Of a stretch of DNA of 64,000 nt, positions 51,031-61,767 are shown in pieces. The notes below the pieces were generated by a model. The model did no database searches, was not told the DNA's origin, and worked only from the letters and a program-made list of their open reading frames with translations. The first letter of the stretch is position 1; every line of letters begins with the position of its first letter. The translations under genes were made by a program, and so were the position numbers. The stretch is from Promethearchaeota archaeon (GTDB lineage: Archaea > Asgardarchaeota > Lokiarchaeia > Sigyniarchaeales > SOKP01). The stretch lies in the NCBI GenBank assembly GCA_016840085.1, contig JAEOTA010000056.1, forward strand, positions 35,717 through 99,716, written 5' to 3'.

Positions 51031-52734
51031 GTGAGTTCAATCAAAGACTATTCAGATTGGAAAATTAATTTAGATTTTGAGAATGAATCGCCATATGTGA
51101 ACCCTAATAGGCCATGGTTAAAGTTTCGAGAGCCTGACGTGCCAAAATCAATAAAATTTGATCCAATTCCAATCCATGAGTTTATCAAATGGATTGCAAG
51201 ACAATATCTAAACAATGTATGTGTTTATTATAAACCAACTGACAAAAAATATACATATCGAGAATTGATTTATTATTCTGATAAAGTTGGAAATGCATTG
51301 TCTAATTTGGGTGTTAAGAGAGGAGATTCTGTCGCTATAATGTCAGAAAATTGTGCTGAATTTATCTTTTGTTGTATAGGGATTATGGAAACTGGAGCCA
51401 CTGTTATCCCTGTGAATCCATTACTCAAGGAATCAGATGTAACTCATATTGTCAGAGAAGCAGGAAATGTAAAAGCTTTTTTTGTACATAAGAATAATTT
51501 TAGAACAGTCAAAAGAGTACGAAAACAAGTTAATTTTGAAAATGTAATATTAATTGGTACTGAGGAAGAGAAAATAAATACAACTCTTTTCAGCGAATTC
51601 ATAAAGGATGTGAGACCCACTCCCCCAGATGTAGAGATTGATCCTGTAAATGATATCGCAGCATTAATGTTTACAGGTGGTACCACTGGACTTCCCAAAG
51701 GGGTAATATGGACACATGATGGACTGCTTCATAGTTGTATTTCTTTAGCTTATGCATCAGGTGATACATATGAAGAAAATGTTGGAAATTATGTTAATTT
51801 ATCAATTTTACCATTATGCCATGCTATGGGATTCGGTATATTGATTATTGCTTTATATCTTGCTGCTATGCTAGTGATGTTTCCTTTCAATCCCTCTGAT
51901 GTATTAAAAGGAATAGAGTATTATCATGTTAAGCTATTTGTAGGTGTTCCAGTAATGTACCAAATGATAATCAATTCTCCTGAATTTACAGAAACAGACT
52001 TTTCTAGTCTTGAATCTGCAGGATCTGGATCTGCTGCATTGGCTCCAGAATTTAATAAAAAATGGGAAAAGGTTGTTGGATTTAAAGTAGGGCAAGGTTA
52101 TGGTCTCACAGAATCATCCGCATTTGCTACATCAGCTGCATCATGGATGCCTGAAATTAAACCAAACAGCATTGGTGTTCCTAATATCGATACTGATGTA
52201 ATTATTGTAAATCCTGATAATCTAGAGGAGCTTAAACTTGGAGAAATTGGTGAATTAATAGTTAAAGGTCCAAACGTAATGAGAGGATACTGGAAAAATC
52301 CTGAAGCTACTAAAGAAGATATTGTTAATGGGTGGTTAAGAACAGGGGACTTAGCAAGAATGGATAAAGATGGGTATTTCTATATCGAAGGTCGTACTAA
52401 AGATATGGTGAAATATAAGGGCTATAAAGTAATGGCCAGAGAGGTTGAAGAAAGCCTCGTTAAGCATCCAGCAGTCTTAGAAGCAGGAGTAGTTGGTGTT
52501 CCAGATCCAAATATTGGTGAAACTATAAAGGCTTATATAGTAATAAAGCCAGAATATAAGGATAAAATTACCGAACGTGAAATTATTGAATGGTCAAAAG
52601 AAAACCTAGCGGGATACAAATATCCTCGACAGGTAGAAATCATAAATGTATTACCTCGAACTGCTGTTGGTAAAATTTTTAGAAGAAAACTAAGAGAAAA
52701 GCAATCGAAGAACAAGAGAAACAGAAACCTTTAA
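51031..52734 (+). CDS. Long-chain acyl-CoA ligase (AMP-binding)
   Basis: FTGGTTGLPKG, QGYGLTE, GWLRTGD, GRTKD, PRTAVGK. Confidence 0.93.
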   Translation: MSSIKDYSDWKINLDFENESPYVNPNRPWLKFREPDVPKSIKFDPIPIHEFIKWIARQYLNNVCVYYKPTDKKYTYRELIYYSDKVGNALSNLGVKRGDSVAIMSENCAEFIFCCIGIMETGATVIPVNPLLKESDVTHIVREAGNVKAFFVHKNNFRTVKRVRKQVNFENVILIGTEEEKINTTLFSEFIKDVRPTPPDVEIDPVNDIAALMFTGGTTGLPKGVIWTHDGLLHSCISLAYASGDTYEENVGNYVNLSILPLCHAMGFGILIIALYLAAMLVMFPFNPSDVLKGIEYYHVKLFVGVPVMYQMIINSPEFTETDFSSLESAGSGSAALAPEFNKKWEKVVGFKVGQGYGLTESSAFATSAASWMPEIKPNSIGVPNIDTDVIIVNPDNLEELKLGEIGELIVKGPNVMRGYWKNPEATKEDIVNGWLRTGDLARMDKDGYFYIEGRTKDMVKYKGYKVMAREVEESLVKHPAVLEAGVVGVPDPNIGETIKAYIVIKPEYKDKITEREIIEWSKENLAGYKYPRQVEIINVLPRTAVGKIFRRKLREKQSKNKRNRNL

Positions 52735-52981
52735 TCCCCTTATATTGTTTAAAAAAGAGATAAGATTTTCTCAAATAAAATTTTTTTTAAAAAACCTATA
52801 ATTTATTTCCATATCATTCTCTTCTTCTAAACTTAAAACTAATCCCTCCTAATATTTTCTGAAACTAAAAATATATTTTTTTTACTCTAAAAATATCTTA
52901 TTAAACCAGTTTATCTCATTGAATATATAAAACTTTTTCTTTATTAAATTATCCCTTATATCTTGGTTTTAATTCTATTAG

Positions 52982-53752
52982 TTATTTGAATCCTTGACAG
53001 AATGATTCTACATTCTTAGGTAATACCTCATGATTGTAACCTCCTTCTAATAGAGCATATCGTCTTCCTTTACATAACTTTTCAGAATAAATTTTCATTA
53101 GACTGCCCAATTCAAAATAATCTGCAGGGTATAATAGATGCCCCCAATCTTCAATTCCTTGATCAAATCCTGCGCTTGCTACAAAAATATCAATATCCTT
53201 TAAACTTTGCATATATGATTCAACTTCTTTGATATAATTAACATGACCACTTGAACTAGGATTAAGAATTTTTGCTCTAAAATTATCATCTCTATTTGTT
53301 AAAATATTAATAGTACCATCACCGGTATGAAGGTCAAAATCTAATATAAAAGCAGATTTAATTTTCCCTTCTGAATACAATTTCAAAAGACTTATACTAA
53401 TATTATTAAAAAAACAAAAACCCCAACAAGAATCTGCTGATGCATGATGCCCAGGAGGCCTAATAACAGCAAAGGTAGGGTTGCCAATATAACTTTCTTT
53501 TGCAGCTAGTATCGCTCCACCTGCAGCTAATGACGCCAATTCAAATAATAATTCATTTTTCTTTATATTCTGAAGATGCCTTTTAGTATGAGCTCGTAAA
53601 ATATCCTCTTCAATTGCGGGAGTGGGTGTTATTATTTCATATTCTTTATTCCTTGATAAAACATCCATAATTCCTTCCAATCGTCCCGGAGAAGCAGCAG
53701 GATCCCCAGCATATTCAGAATTATAATAACGTTCATGAAATACAATCTTCAT
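52982..53752 (-). CDS. Histone deacetylase family protein (compact)
   Basis: RPPGHHA, GFCFFNN, DFDLHTGDGT, SAGFD, LEGGY. Confidence 0.93.
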   Translation of the reverse strand: MKIVFHERYYNSEYAGDPAASPGRLEGIMDVLSRNKEYEIITPTPAIEEDILRAHTKRHLQNIKKNELLFELASLAAGGAILAAKESYIGNPTFAVIRPPGHHASADSCWGFCFFNNISISLLKLYSEGKIKSAFILDFDLHTGDGTINILTNRDDNFRAKILNPSSSGHVNYIKEVESYMQSLKDIDIFVASAGFDQGIEDWGHLLYPADYFELGSLMKIYSEKLCKGRRYALLEGGYNHEVLPKNVESFCQGFK

Positions 53753-53850
53753 ATTTTTAATATCCTCAATTATATTGATTTTGAATTACATTTAAAAAAT
53801 TATAAGACGAATATTATTTTAATAATTTTCTTTATTTTAAAATTATTATA

Positions 53851-54969
53851 ATGAAGGTACTATATAACATGACAGAAAAAATCTCTGATATATATAGAAA
53901 TCTACAACGACACCTAAATCAATTTCCTATTGGTTTACCCGCAACAAAATCTGGTATTGAATTAAAAGTATTAAAACATGTATTTACTGAAGAGGAGGCT
54001 TTATTAGCTACTAAGTTAGATTGGTCATATAAAGCTTTGGAAGAAATTTATGAGAGTGGTAAAAATAAAGAGATCTCGTTTCAAACTTTAGAAGAAATTC
54101 TTGAAAATATGGTTAAAAAGGGGACAATTAAGTACAAAATTGACAATGATAAGAAATTGTATAAAAATATTCCACTTGTAGTTGGAATATTTGAGTATCA
54201 GGTGAATAAACTTACAAAAGAATTCTTAAATGATTTTGAAGAGTATTTATTAACCGCTTTTGGAGCTGAAGTATTAGGTACAAAAATATTCCAATTTCGT
54301 ACTATACCTATAGACGAAAGTATTGCCCCAGAGCATCATATAGCTCATTATGATGAAATTGAGTATGTTATAAATAATGTTAAGCACCCAATTGGGGTAA
54401 CTAATTGTGCATGTCGGCAAGCTAAAGATCTATTTGACCAACCATGCAATCAAACCTCCTTACGTGAAACATGTATGTATTTTGGGAAAACAGGGCAATT
54501 ATTTATTGATCAAGGTTGGGCACGTTCTATAAGTAAAGAGGAAGCTATTGAGTTATTAAAGAACGCTGAAAAGGATGGTTTAGTCATTCAATCTGGAAAC
54601 ACGACAAATCCTGAATTTATTTGCTGTTGTTGTGGTTGTTGTTGTCAAATTCTAATGCGATTAAAAATGGTTCCTCGACCAGCAAGAATACTTGCAGCCA
54701 ATTATTATGCTGAAATAAATTCAGAATTATGCGGTGGATGTGGAACTTGCGTTGAGCGTTGTCAGTTAAATGCTATAAAAATTGTTGATAATTCAGCAAA
54801 ATTAACTCTTAAACGATGTATTGGATGTGGAGTTTGTGTTCCAACTTGTCCAGAACAAGCTATTCAACTTAAGAAAAGAGATACAATCTCAATTCCACCT
54901 CAATCGAAAAAGGAGCTTTACACAATGATAATGGATAAAAAACAAGAAATAAGGAGTAAAAATAAGTAG
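53851..54969 (+). CDS. 4Fe-4S dicluster protein
   Basis: CGGCGTCVERC and CIGCGVCVPTCP; ICCCCGCCC; paralogue of 5799..6953. Confidence 0.87.
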   Translation: MKVLYNMTEKISDIYRNLQRHLNQFPIGLPATKSGIELKVLKHVFTEEEALLATKLDWSYKALEEIYESGKNKEISFQTLEEILENMVKKGTIKYKIDNDKKLYKNIPLVVGIFEYQVNKLTKEFLNDFEEYLLTAFGAEVLGTKIFQFRTIPIDESIAPEHHIAHYDEIEYVINNVKHPIGVTNCACRQAKDLFDQPCNQTSLRETCMYFGKTGQLFIDQGWARSISKEEAIELLKNAEKDGLVIQSGNTTNPEFICCCCGCCCQILMRLKMVPRPARILAANYYAEINSELCGGCGTCVERCQLNAIKIVDNSAKLTLKRCIGCGVCVPTCPEQAIQLKKRDTISIPPQSKKELYTMIMDKKQEIRSKNK

Positions 54970-54995
54970 AATATAAAAGTACTATTTGGTAAAGT

Positions 54996-55940
54996 TTATA
55001 ATTTTTTAGTCAATTTCTCAATCATATCTTTAGTCATAGAATTCAGATCATAGGAAGGTTTCCAACCCCATTCTTCACGAGCAAAGGAATCATCAATTGT
55101 TTTAGGCCATGAATCAGCTATTTCTTGTCTAAAATCAGGTTTATATTTAATATCAAATTCTTGAATATGTTTTTTAATCTCAGATACTAGCTCTCCTGCT
55201 GAGAAACTCATACCAGTAACATTATATACATGCCTTTTTAATTTAGAGGCATCTGCTTCTAAGAGATCAATCATACATTTAATGCAATCAGGCATATACA
55301 TCATTGGTAAAATAGTATCTTCTTTAAGGAAGCATGTATATTTTTTATTTTTAATTGCTTCATAAAAAATCTCAACTGCATAATCAGTTGTTCCTCCACC
55401 TGGAAGAGTTTCACTACTAATGATCCCAGGCAATCTCATGGATCTAGTATCAAGATTGTAGTTTTTATAATAATATTCTATTAACAATTCTCCAGATACT
55501 TTTGTTATACCATACATAGTTGTAGGTTGTAATATGGTTTCATTTTGTGTATTTTCCCGAGGAGTAGTAGGCCCAAAAGCAGCTATAGAACTAGGCCAAA
55601 TTATTCTATCGATATTATATGATCTTGCAACCTCTAAAACATTAATTAATCCATTTATATTAATATTCCATGCGGTTTGAGGATTTTTTTCCCCAGTTGC
55701 CGATAAAATTGAAGCCATATGGAAGATAGTATCAATTTCATATTCATAAAAAGTTTTAGCTAGCATTTCTCTATTTAATGCATCTAAATAAATAACTGGT
55801 CCTGAATCTACTATATTTTTTGGTAAAGGTGTTCGCCTTCCAGTAGCTATTACATTATTATTTCCATATTTCTCTCTTAATGCGGGTACTAATTCACTAC
55901 CTATTTGCCCAGCAGCACCTATAACAATAATCTTTCTCAT
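54996..55940 (-). CDS. tdh: L-threonine 3-dehydrogenase (SDR/epimerase type)
   Basis: GAAGQIG, LSATGE, PSSIAAFG, YGITK, PGGGTTDY, MMYMPD, RQ.IADSWP. Confidence 0.9.
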   Translation of the reverse strand: MRKIIVIGAAGQIGSELVPALREKYGNNNVIATGRRTPLPKNIVDSGPVIYLDALNREMLAKTFYEYEIDTIFHMASILSATGEKNPQTAWNININGLINVLEVARSYNIDRIIWPSSIAAFGPTTPRENTQNETILQPTTMYGITKVSGELLIEYYYKNYNLDTRSMRLPGIISSETLPGGGTTDYAVEIFYEAIKNKKYTCFLKEDTILPMMYMPDCIKCMIDLLEADASKLKRHVYNVTGMSFSAGELVSEIKKHIQEFDIKYKPDFRQEIADSWPKTIDDSFAREEWGWKPSYDLNSMTKDMIEKLTKKL

Positions 55941-56119
55941 TTTTTATATCCACTAACTTCTGAATCTTTGGTATTAATCATAATTTTGTCAATAAAAAAA
56001 GTTTTTGTGTATTTATTCCCATATATTTCCCCCCCTCGATTGGTAAAACTAAAATATATAATAAAATACCTTTAAATTATTGAGTTTTTCAATTGATCAA
56101 ATAAATTTTAGGTGTTAAA

Positions 56120-57307
56120 ATGAATAGAGACCCAGTTGCCTTTCTTAATGAGGATATGATCGAATTAAGAAATAACAATCTTGAATGGATAATAAGATAC
56201 CTCGAAGACGCATCAAAGCCACATTCGAGTGTAGATGGAAAGAAAGTATTAATGTTAAATACAAATAATTATCTTGGACTTGCAACACATCCAAAAGTCA
56301 TACAAGCCGCTATTGATGCTATAAAAAAATATGGTGTTGGAGCAGGAGCAGTACCAGTTATTGCGGGCTCATTTGAATTAACTAAAGAATTTCAAGAAAA
56401 ATTTGCTAAATTTAAAGAAGTAGAAGCTTCTCTTTTATGTCAAACAGGATATGCAGTTAATTCTGGATTAATCCCTATGTTAGTCGGTAAACCAGATATA
56501 GTTGTATCTGATGAATTGAACCATGGATCTATTATTGATGGAGTACGATTATCTGGAGCTAAAAGAATAATTTATAAACACACCAATGTTGGTGATCTTG
56601 AAAGACAGCTAAGAGAAGCTGAAAAGGTGGGACCAAGAAGAATTTGTATTATCACAGATGGGGTATTTTCAATGGATGGTGATATAGCACCACTAGATGA
56701 TATTGTGAAAGTTGCTGAAGATTTTGGAGCAATGATTTTTGTAGATGATTGTCATGGTGAAGGTGTTCTAGGTAATGGTCGAGGAATAGTAGCACACTTC
56801 GATCTACAAGGTAAAGTTCATGTTGAGGGCGGATCGATGAGTAAGGGATTTGGAGTCTTTGGAGGCACTGTAGCTGGATCGAAGGATTTAATAGAGTTTT
56901 GTGCTAATAAAAGTAGAACATATCTTCTAAGTACAGCTCATCCCCCTGGTGTGGTAGCTGCTAATATAGCTTCTATTGAAGTTGTTGAAAATGAGCCACA
57001 ACATGTAAAAACACTATGGGAACATACTAATTACTTCAAAAAGGAAGTTCAGAGTATGGGATATAACACAGGAAACTCCCAAACACCTATCATTCCCTTG
57101 ATAATTGGAGATCCTGGTAAAGCTCAAGAACTTGCTAGAATCCTTTTTGAAGAAGAAAACATCTATGGTACACCAATAGTATTTCCAATGGTTTCCCGAG
57201 AGTTATCACGAATTCGAGTACAGATGAACGCATTACTCACTAAGAACGACTTAACCATGGCATTAAGTGCTATAGAAAAAGTTGGAAAAAAATTAGATAT
57301 TCTTTAA
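56120..57307 (+). CDS. kbl: Glycine C-acetyltransferase (2-amino-3-ketobutyrate CoA ligase)
   Basis: NNYLGL, SDELNHGSIIDG, DGVFSMDG, DDCHG, PLP Lys in SMSKGFG; divergent from tdh. Confidence 0.87.
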   Translation: MNRDPVAFLNEDMIELRNNNLEWIIRYLEDASKPHSSVDGKKVLMLNTNNYLGLATHPKVIQAAIDAIKKYGVGAGAVPVIAGSFELTKEFQEKFAKFKEVEASLLCQTGYAVNSGLIPMLVGKPDIVVSDELNHGSIIDGVRLSGAKRIIYKHTNVGDLERQLREAEKVGPRRICIITDGVFSMDGDIAPLDDIVKVAEDFGAMIFVDDCHGEGVLGNGRGIVAHFDLQGKVHVEGGSMSKGFGVFGGTVAGSKDLIEFCANKSRTYLLSTAHPPGVVAANIASIEVVENEPQHVKTLWEHTNYFKKEVQSMGYNTGNSQTPIIPLIIGDPGKAQELARILFEEENIYGTPIVFPMVSRELSRIRVQMNALLTKNDLTMALSAIEKVGKKLDIL

Positions 57308-57330
57308 TTTTTCTTTGTTTTTTTTTTTTT
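57308..57330 (+). terminator. Oligo-T archaeal terminator after kbl
   Basis: Long T tract immediately after the stop; similar tracts follow many genes here. Confidence 0.55.
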
Positions 57331-57365
57331 GTTATTCAATTTTGTTGTGTTTCTACTTTTCTATA

Positions 57366-57950
57366 TTATAAGGGCTTACATAATATTGCTTTAACTCTTA
57401 AATTTTTAAAATTACTTGTTGGTGCGGGTTTTATTAGACAAACAGTATCTGCACCTCTTCCTGTACCTCCCACAGCAATAATATCTCTCTCAAGGTCAGG
57501 AATCAATCCTGCATCACAAATAGTAGTTGAAATTTCGATACATACTTTAACACCTTGAGAGAATTGCAATCCTAAAATTTTCGCTAACATATCTATAAAT
57601 ATCCATGCTTCTTTCTGTATTCTTAAACCTCTTTCAATTCCACTCATAGCATGAGTACCAATATGAAATTTTAATCCCTTGCTTTTTAGAATTTCTAGTT
57701 TTTCTGTGGGAAATTCTTGTCTAACAGTACTATTAACAAAGTAATAGGCATGGGTTACGATCATTATATTATAATGTTTGGTATCGAAAATTTCAGATGC
57801 TTTTTCGGCTACTGTACCAGTTGTACTAGCAAGTACAATATCTTTTATGTTAAAATGATCGGCATATTTTTTAGCAATTTCTAGAGCTTTATCAGTATTA
57901 TGCGGACCTGTTTTTTCAAAATAAGTAACTTCAAGATTTAAATCACCCAT
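57366..57950 (-). CDS. Pyruvate kinase alpha/beta (PK_C)-like domain protein (MTH1675 type)
   Basis: YFEKTGPHNT, VLASTTG, QGVKVCIEI, GGTGRGADT. Confidence 0.8.
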   Translation of the reverse strand: MGDLNLEVTYFEKTGPHNTDKALEIAKKYADHFNIKDIVLASTTGTVAEKASEIFDTKHYNIMIVTHAYYFVNSTVRQEFPTEKLEILKSKGLKFHIGTHAMSGIERGLRIQKEAWIFIDMLAKILGLQFSQGVKVCIEISTTICDAGLIPDLERDIIAVGGTGRGADTVCLIKPAPTSNFKNLRVKAILCKPL

Positions 57951-58210
57951 TTCACGTCGAACCTTTTCTTTTTTAATATATTATACATTAATTTTAAGTT
58001 AAGTTAGAAAATATTTCTAAGTAAATTAAGTGTATTTATTTAGATTTATATAAAAAATTTAAGACTTTTTACTTCAAATTAGTCAATTATACGGTATATT
58101 AACGAGATTTTGTTTTTTACATTAATTATGATATAGTTTTAAAGAGATCAAAAGTTTAATACATTTAATTATTATTTAATCTAAATTTATTTTTCATTAA
58201 GGGATATTAA

Positions 58211-59626
58211 ATGAGTGAAAAACGAGATAAAAATTTAAGAAGAAAGGCAATCTTTGGACTTTCCGCCTTCCCGGACCAGTTAACCTATCAAGCTTTTACT
58301 ATTTATGTTTTTACTTTTTATTTTTCAGTTGTTGGGCTTTCTATGCTTGAAATGTGGATTGGTTTTATTCTTTGGGGATTTTGGAATATGATAAATGACC
58401 CTCTCTTAGGAACATTAAGCGAAAGAACTAAGCAGAAAGGTAAATTTGGAAAAAGAAAATTTTATTTAATAATTTCCTTTGTCCCTTTATCTTTAATGAT
58501 GATATTTCTGTTTACCACTCCGACTAATTTCAAGTTTCTTTATTTTATAATTATAATTTTTACTTTTGAGTTCTTTTACACAATGTTTTCAGTAAATACT
58601 AATGCTGTTTTCCCCGAAATGTTTCCAACCGAAAAAGAAAGAGCTACTACGAATATATTTATAAAGATATTTACCATGATTGCGGTAATAATAGCATCTC
58701 TTATTCCAACATTTATTATTGATCCTTTAGTACCAACTTCTGATCCTCCCGATCCAGCAGAAGCAGCGAATATCCAATCAATGTACATTACTGCGGGAAT
58801 AGTTCTCTGCCTTATTGTAGGTTTAATGGCATTTTTCTTTATCTTTTTTGCGGTGAAAGAAAAAGGTGAAGATGTTTCTGATTTTGAAAAAAGACCTGGT
58901 TTTTTTGAATCTTTGAAAATTACATTTTCAAATAATACCTTTATAAAATTTACTTTAGGAAATATGCTTATCTGGTTTTGTTTTAATTTGTTGTTAACTA
59001 CATTTCCACTATACGCAGTTTTTGTACTTGGCAGAACAAAAGGGTCGTTACTAATTGGAATAACATTAATGCTTGCGCTTCTTTCTGCTGCAATATTTGT
59101 CCCGATTCAAACTAAAATTAGGTCAAAAGTGGGTACACGCAATGGATTAATGATTGGATTAGGAATCTGGATTATTACATTGTTCCCTTTAATTCTCTTA
59201 TCTAACAATGAAATAAGTAGAACAATGTCATTTCTGATATTTACTAGCTTAGGTTTTGGAATATCAGCTGCGTTGTTTTATATTGATTTAATTCATGGAG
59301 ATGTAATTGATCAAGATGCGCTTAATTTTGGAGTAAAAAGAGCTGCTAGTTATTACGGAGTAAACGCATTTATTCATAGATTTTCCACTATACTTGCTAT
59401 AACAACTATCGCTATTGTATTTTCAGGAACTGGTTGGAGCGAATATGTGCCTGTTACTGCCGATCCCGCTTTAACGATTCTTGGTTTGAAATTATTAATG
59501 TTTCTTTTTCCGTCAATAGCACTTATTGGCTCAATAGTGTGTTTCAAACTTTACGACTTACATGGTGAAAAACTTGAAAACATGAGAGCAGAATTAGAAA
59601 AACATCCAGAATTAAAACCAAAATAA
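58211..59626 (+). CDS. MFS transporter, glycoside-pentoside-hexuronide family
   Basis: NDPLLGTLSERT...GKRK, PEMF...ERA, DVID.D...G.KR. Confidence 0.9.
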   Translation: MSEKRDKNLRRKAIFGLSAFPDQLTYQAFTIYVFTFYFSVVGLSMLEMWIGFILWGFWNMINDPLLGTLSERTKQKGKFGKRKFYLIISFVPLSLMMIFLFTTPTNFKFLYFIIIIFTFEFFYTMFSVNTNAVFPEMFPTEKERATTNIFIKIFTMIAVIIASLIPTFIIDPLVPTSDPPDPAEAANIQSMYITAGIVLCLIVGLMAFFFIFFAVKEKGEDVSDFEKRPGFFESLKITFSNNTFIKFTLGNMLIWFCFNLLLTTFPLYAVFVLGRTKGSLLIGITLMLALLSAAIFVPIQTKIRSKVGTRNGLMIGLGIWIITLFPLILLSNNEISRTMSFLIFTSLGFGISAALFYIDLIHGDVIDQDALNFGVKRAASYYGVNAFIHRFSTILAITTIAIVFSGTGWSEYVPVTADPALTILGLKLLMFLFPSIALIGSIVCFKLYDLHGEKLENMRAELEKHPELKPK

Positions 59627-59665
59627 ACTATTTTTTTCTTTTTTTACATTTGATTATACTCTTAA

Positions 59666-59908
59666 AGAATAATTAAAAAAATTGAAATCGATAAAGGAGT
59701 TGTTATAAGTCGATTATTATCATTTACTTGTATTTTAATAAATTTATTATTGCTTATTTTTAATCTCATATATATAACATGGCTTAGTGGTCAACCCGGT
59801 GTAGGAGATGCTGAAATGGGTATATTTGCTCCTATTCTCATTTTTCGTTTAATTGACTTTGGATTATATCTTGTAATTTATCTTTTGATGACAATAAAAG
59901 TAGATTAA
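59666..59908 (+). pseudogene. 5'-truncated membrane-protein remnant
   Basis: 80-codon open frame with no start codon near its 5' end; two hydrophobic helices around WLSGQPGVGDAEMG. Confidence 0.45.
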
Positions 59909-60076
59909 CCTAGATAAATTTCAATTTTTTCTCATTACTTTTTTTTTGAATTTATTCTGAGAAAATAATTGACACTATGAAATTATATAGCTTTAAAAGA
60001 AGAGGTTCAAACTATAAGATTTTTAAATCTTGCCGCTAATATTTTACAATAGTTATATTAAATTAAATTAGAGAGA

Positions 60077-60319
60077 GTGTTAAAATTGACTTTATGTTTT
60101 GTTTTAATGAAAACTAAAGCTGGTTTTGTTGAACATGTGGTTAAAGAATTAGAAAAGTTAGAGGAAGTAAGAGAGACATATCCAGTTACAGGTGGTATTG
60201 ATATTATTGTAAAAGTAGAAGGAAAAGATGTTGAAACTATTGCAAAAACAATTTTAGCGAAAATCCATAAAATTGATGGTGTGAATAGAACTGAAACTCA
60301 TATTGTTGTTCCCCTTTAA
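60077..60319 (+). CDS. Stand-alone Lrp/AsnC ligand-binding (RAM) domain protein
   Basis: EVRETYPVTGGIDIIVKV...IDGVNRTETHIV. Confidence 0.88.
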   Translation: MLKLTLCFVLMKTKAGFVEHVVKELEKLEEVRETYPVTGGIDIIVKVEGKDVETIAKTILAKIHKIDGVNRTETHIVVPL

Positions 60320-60350
60320 AGTCAAAAATCAAAAATGAAGGTGTCTAAAT

Positions 60351-61091
60351 ATGGTTGACTATAACAAACAAGTTGATTATTCCATGCCACGACAATGTGA
60401 TCTTTATCCTCCACCGCCTATTGAGTATATAAACGCACGTGCTCTTGTTTTAATATTATAATGTTCCCCTAACATTAAAAAAAATTATATCCCGCCTGAA
60501 CTCGAAACTATAGAGGATGGTTTTGATATATTCATTATCTTAGAATATCCAAACACTTCAATTGGTCCTTATAATGAATGTATCATGTTATTGAATTGTA
60601 AATATAAAGATATACCTGGTGTTTATGCATTCAGCATCTATGTGGATGATGATGTAGCATTAACTGCGGGAAGAGAAATATGGGGTATTCCCAAAAAAAT
60701 GGCTAGAATTGAATTGTCTTCAATCCAAGAGAATAAAATAAAAGGAAAAATAAGTCGTAAAGGAACTATTTTATTTGATCTAGAAGTTGAAATCAAAGAA
60801 CAAGCCCCTGGAATGGACCCTAAAGCAATGTTTGAAGCTTTACCTTTTTATAATTTAAAATTAATTCCTGATGTTGCAGATAATACTAAACCTGCACTTC
60901 GACAATTAACAGAAACAGTCCTAAAATTAGGAGATATTCATAAACAAAATGTAGCTATACTAAAATACTTTAACACTAATCATTCTCAATATGACATAAC
61001 AGATGAGATATTAAAGGATGCTATTAAAGATTTAGGGGGTTTTTACGTTGAATATGATTTTATTCTACCAAATGGTAGAGTGTTAGAATGA
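60351..61091 (+). pseudogene. Acetoacetate decarboxylase family gene interrupted by an in-frame TAA (60459-60461)
   Basis: ATG 60351 after GAAGGTG; YPPPP.EY...*...IPPEL...IGPYNE in frame with GREIWGIPKK. Confidence 0.85.
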
Positions 61092-61175
61092 ACATGAAGA
61101 GAAAAAAGAATAGTTAAAAGAGTTGAAATTTAGCATTAAAAAAAAAATAAATTTACTTATTCAAATCTCTACTTT

Positions 61176-61751
61176 TTAATATATTTTGAAGATGACTTGT
61201 TCTAAGGAGCGTTTAGGCACGTGCATATGTCCTTCATCATCTCTCCAATATTTAAATGAATCTTTAAACATCTCCATAACAGATTCTTCATCAGGATATC
61301 CTAAACTTATAATTTGTTTTATATCGTAATAGTCAGGAATTTCGAATAGGGTTCTAATCTTTCTGAAATTGATATTGCCCATCCAACAACTCCCAATTCC
61401 AAAGTTTATGGCTCCTAGTAAAATATTCTCTGCTGCGGCACCGACATCATAATCAACATATACATTCTTTATATCTTTGTTTATAAGTATTATGATATAA
61501 GCTGTAGGCTCTCTCCCAAGCTCGGGAGTCCTTTGCTCTTGAGGAAGTGATCCTGCCCAATTAACCAATGGAAATAATTTTTCTCTAATTTCAGGTTTAA
61601 CAACAATAATGAATTCCAGAGCTTGAACATTTCTAGCCATTGGAGCAACGCGAGCAAAATCCACTAATTTCTTTAAAATATCTATGGATATAGGATCTTG
61701 TTTAAATCTTCTAATAGTTCTTCTTTTATATATAAGTTCTTCAAAATTCAT
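61176..61751 (-). CDS. Nitroreductase family protein
   Basis: RRTIRRF, APMARNVQ, DVGAA, GIGSCWMG, LGYP. Confidence 0.92.
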   Translation of the reverse strand: MNFEELIYKRRTIRRFKQDPISIDILKKLVDFARVAPMARNVQALEFIIVVKPEIREKLFPLVNWAGSLPQEQRTPELGREPTAYIIILINKDIKNVYVDYDVGAAAENILLGAINFGIGSCWMGNINFRKIRTLFEIPDYYDIKQIISLGYPDEESVMEMFKDSFKYWRDDEGHMHVPKRSLEQVIFKIY

Positions 61752-61767
61752 ATTATATTACTTCCTA

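Noticed and set aside
31217-53752. SET + GNAT + HDAC as a chromatin-modification system
   Set aside because: Genes are 7-14 kb apart, of ordinary prokaryotic types, and there is no histone gene in the window
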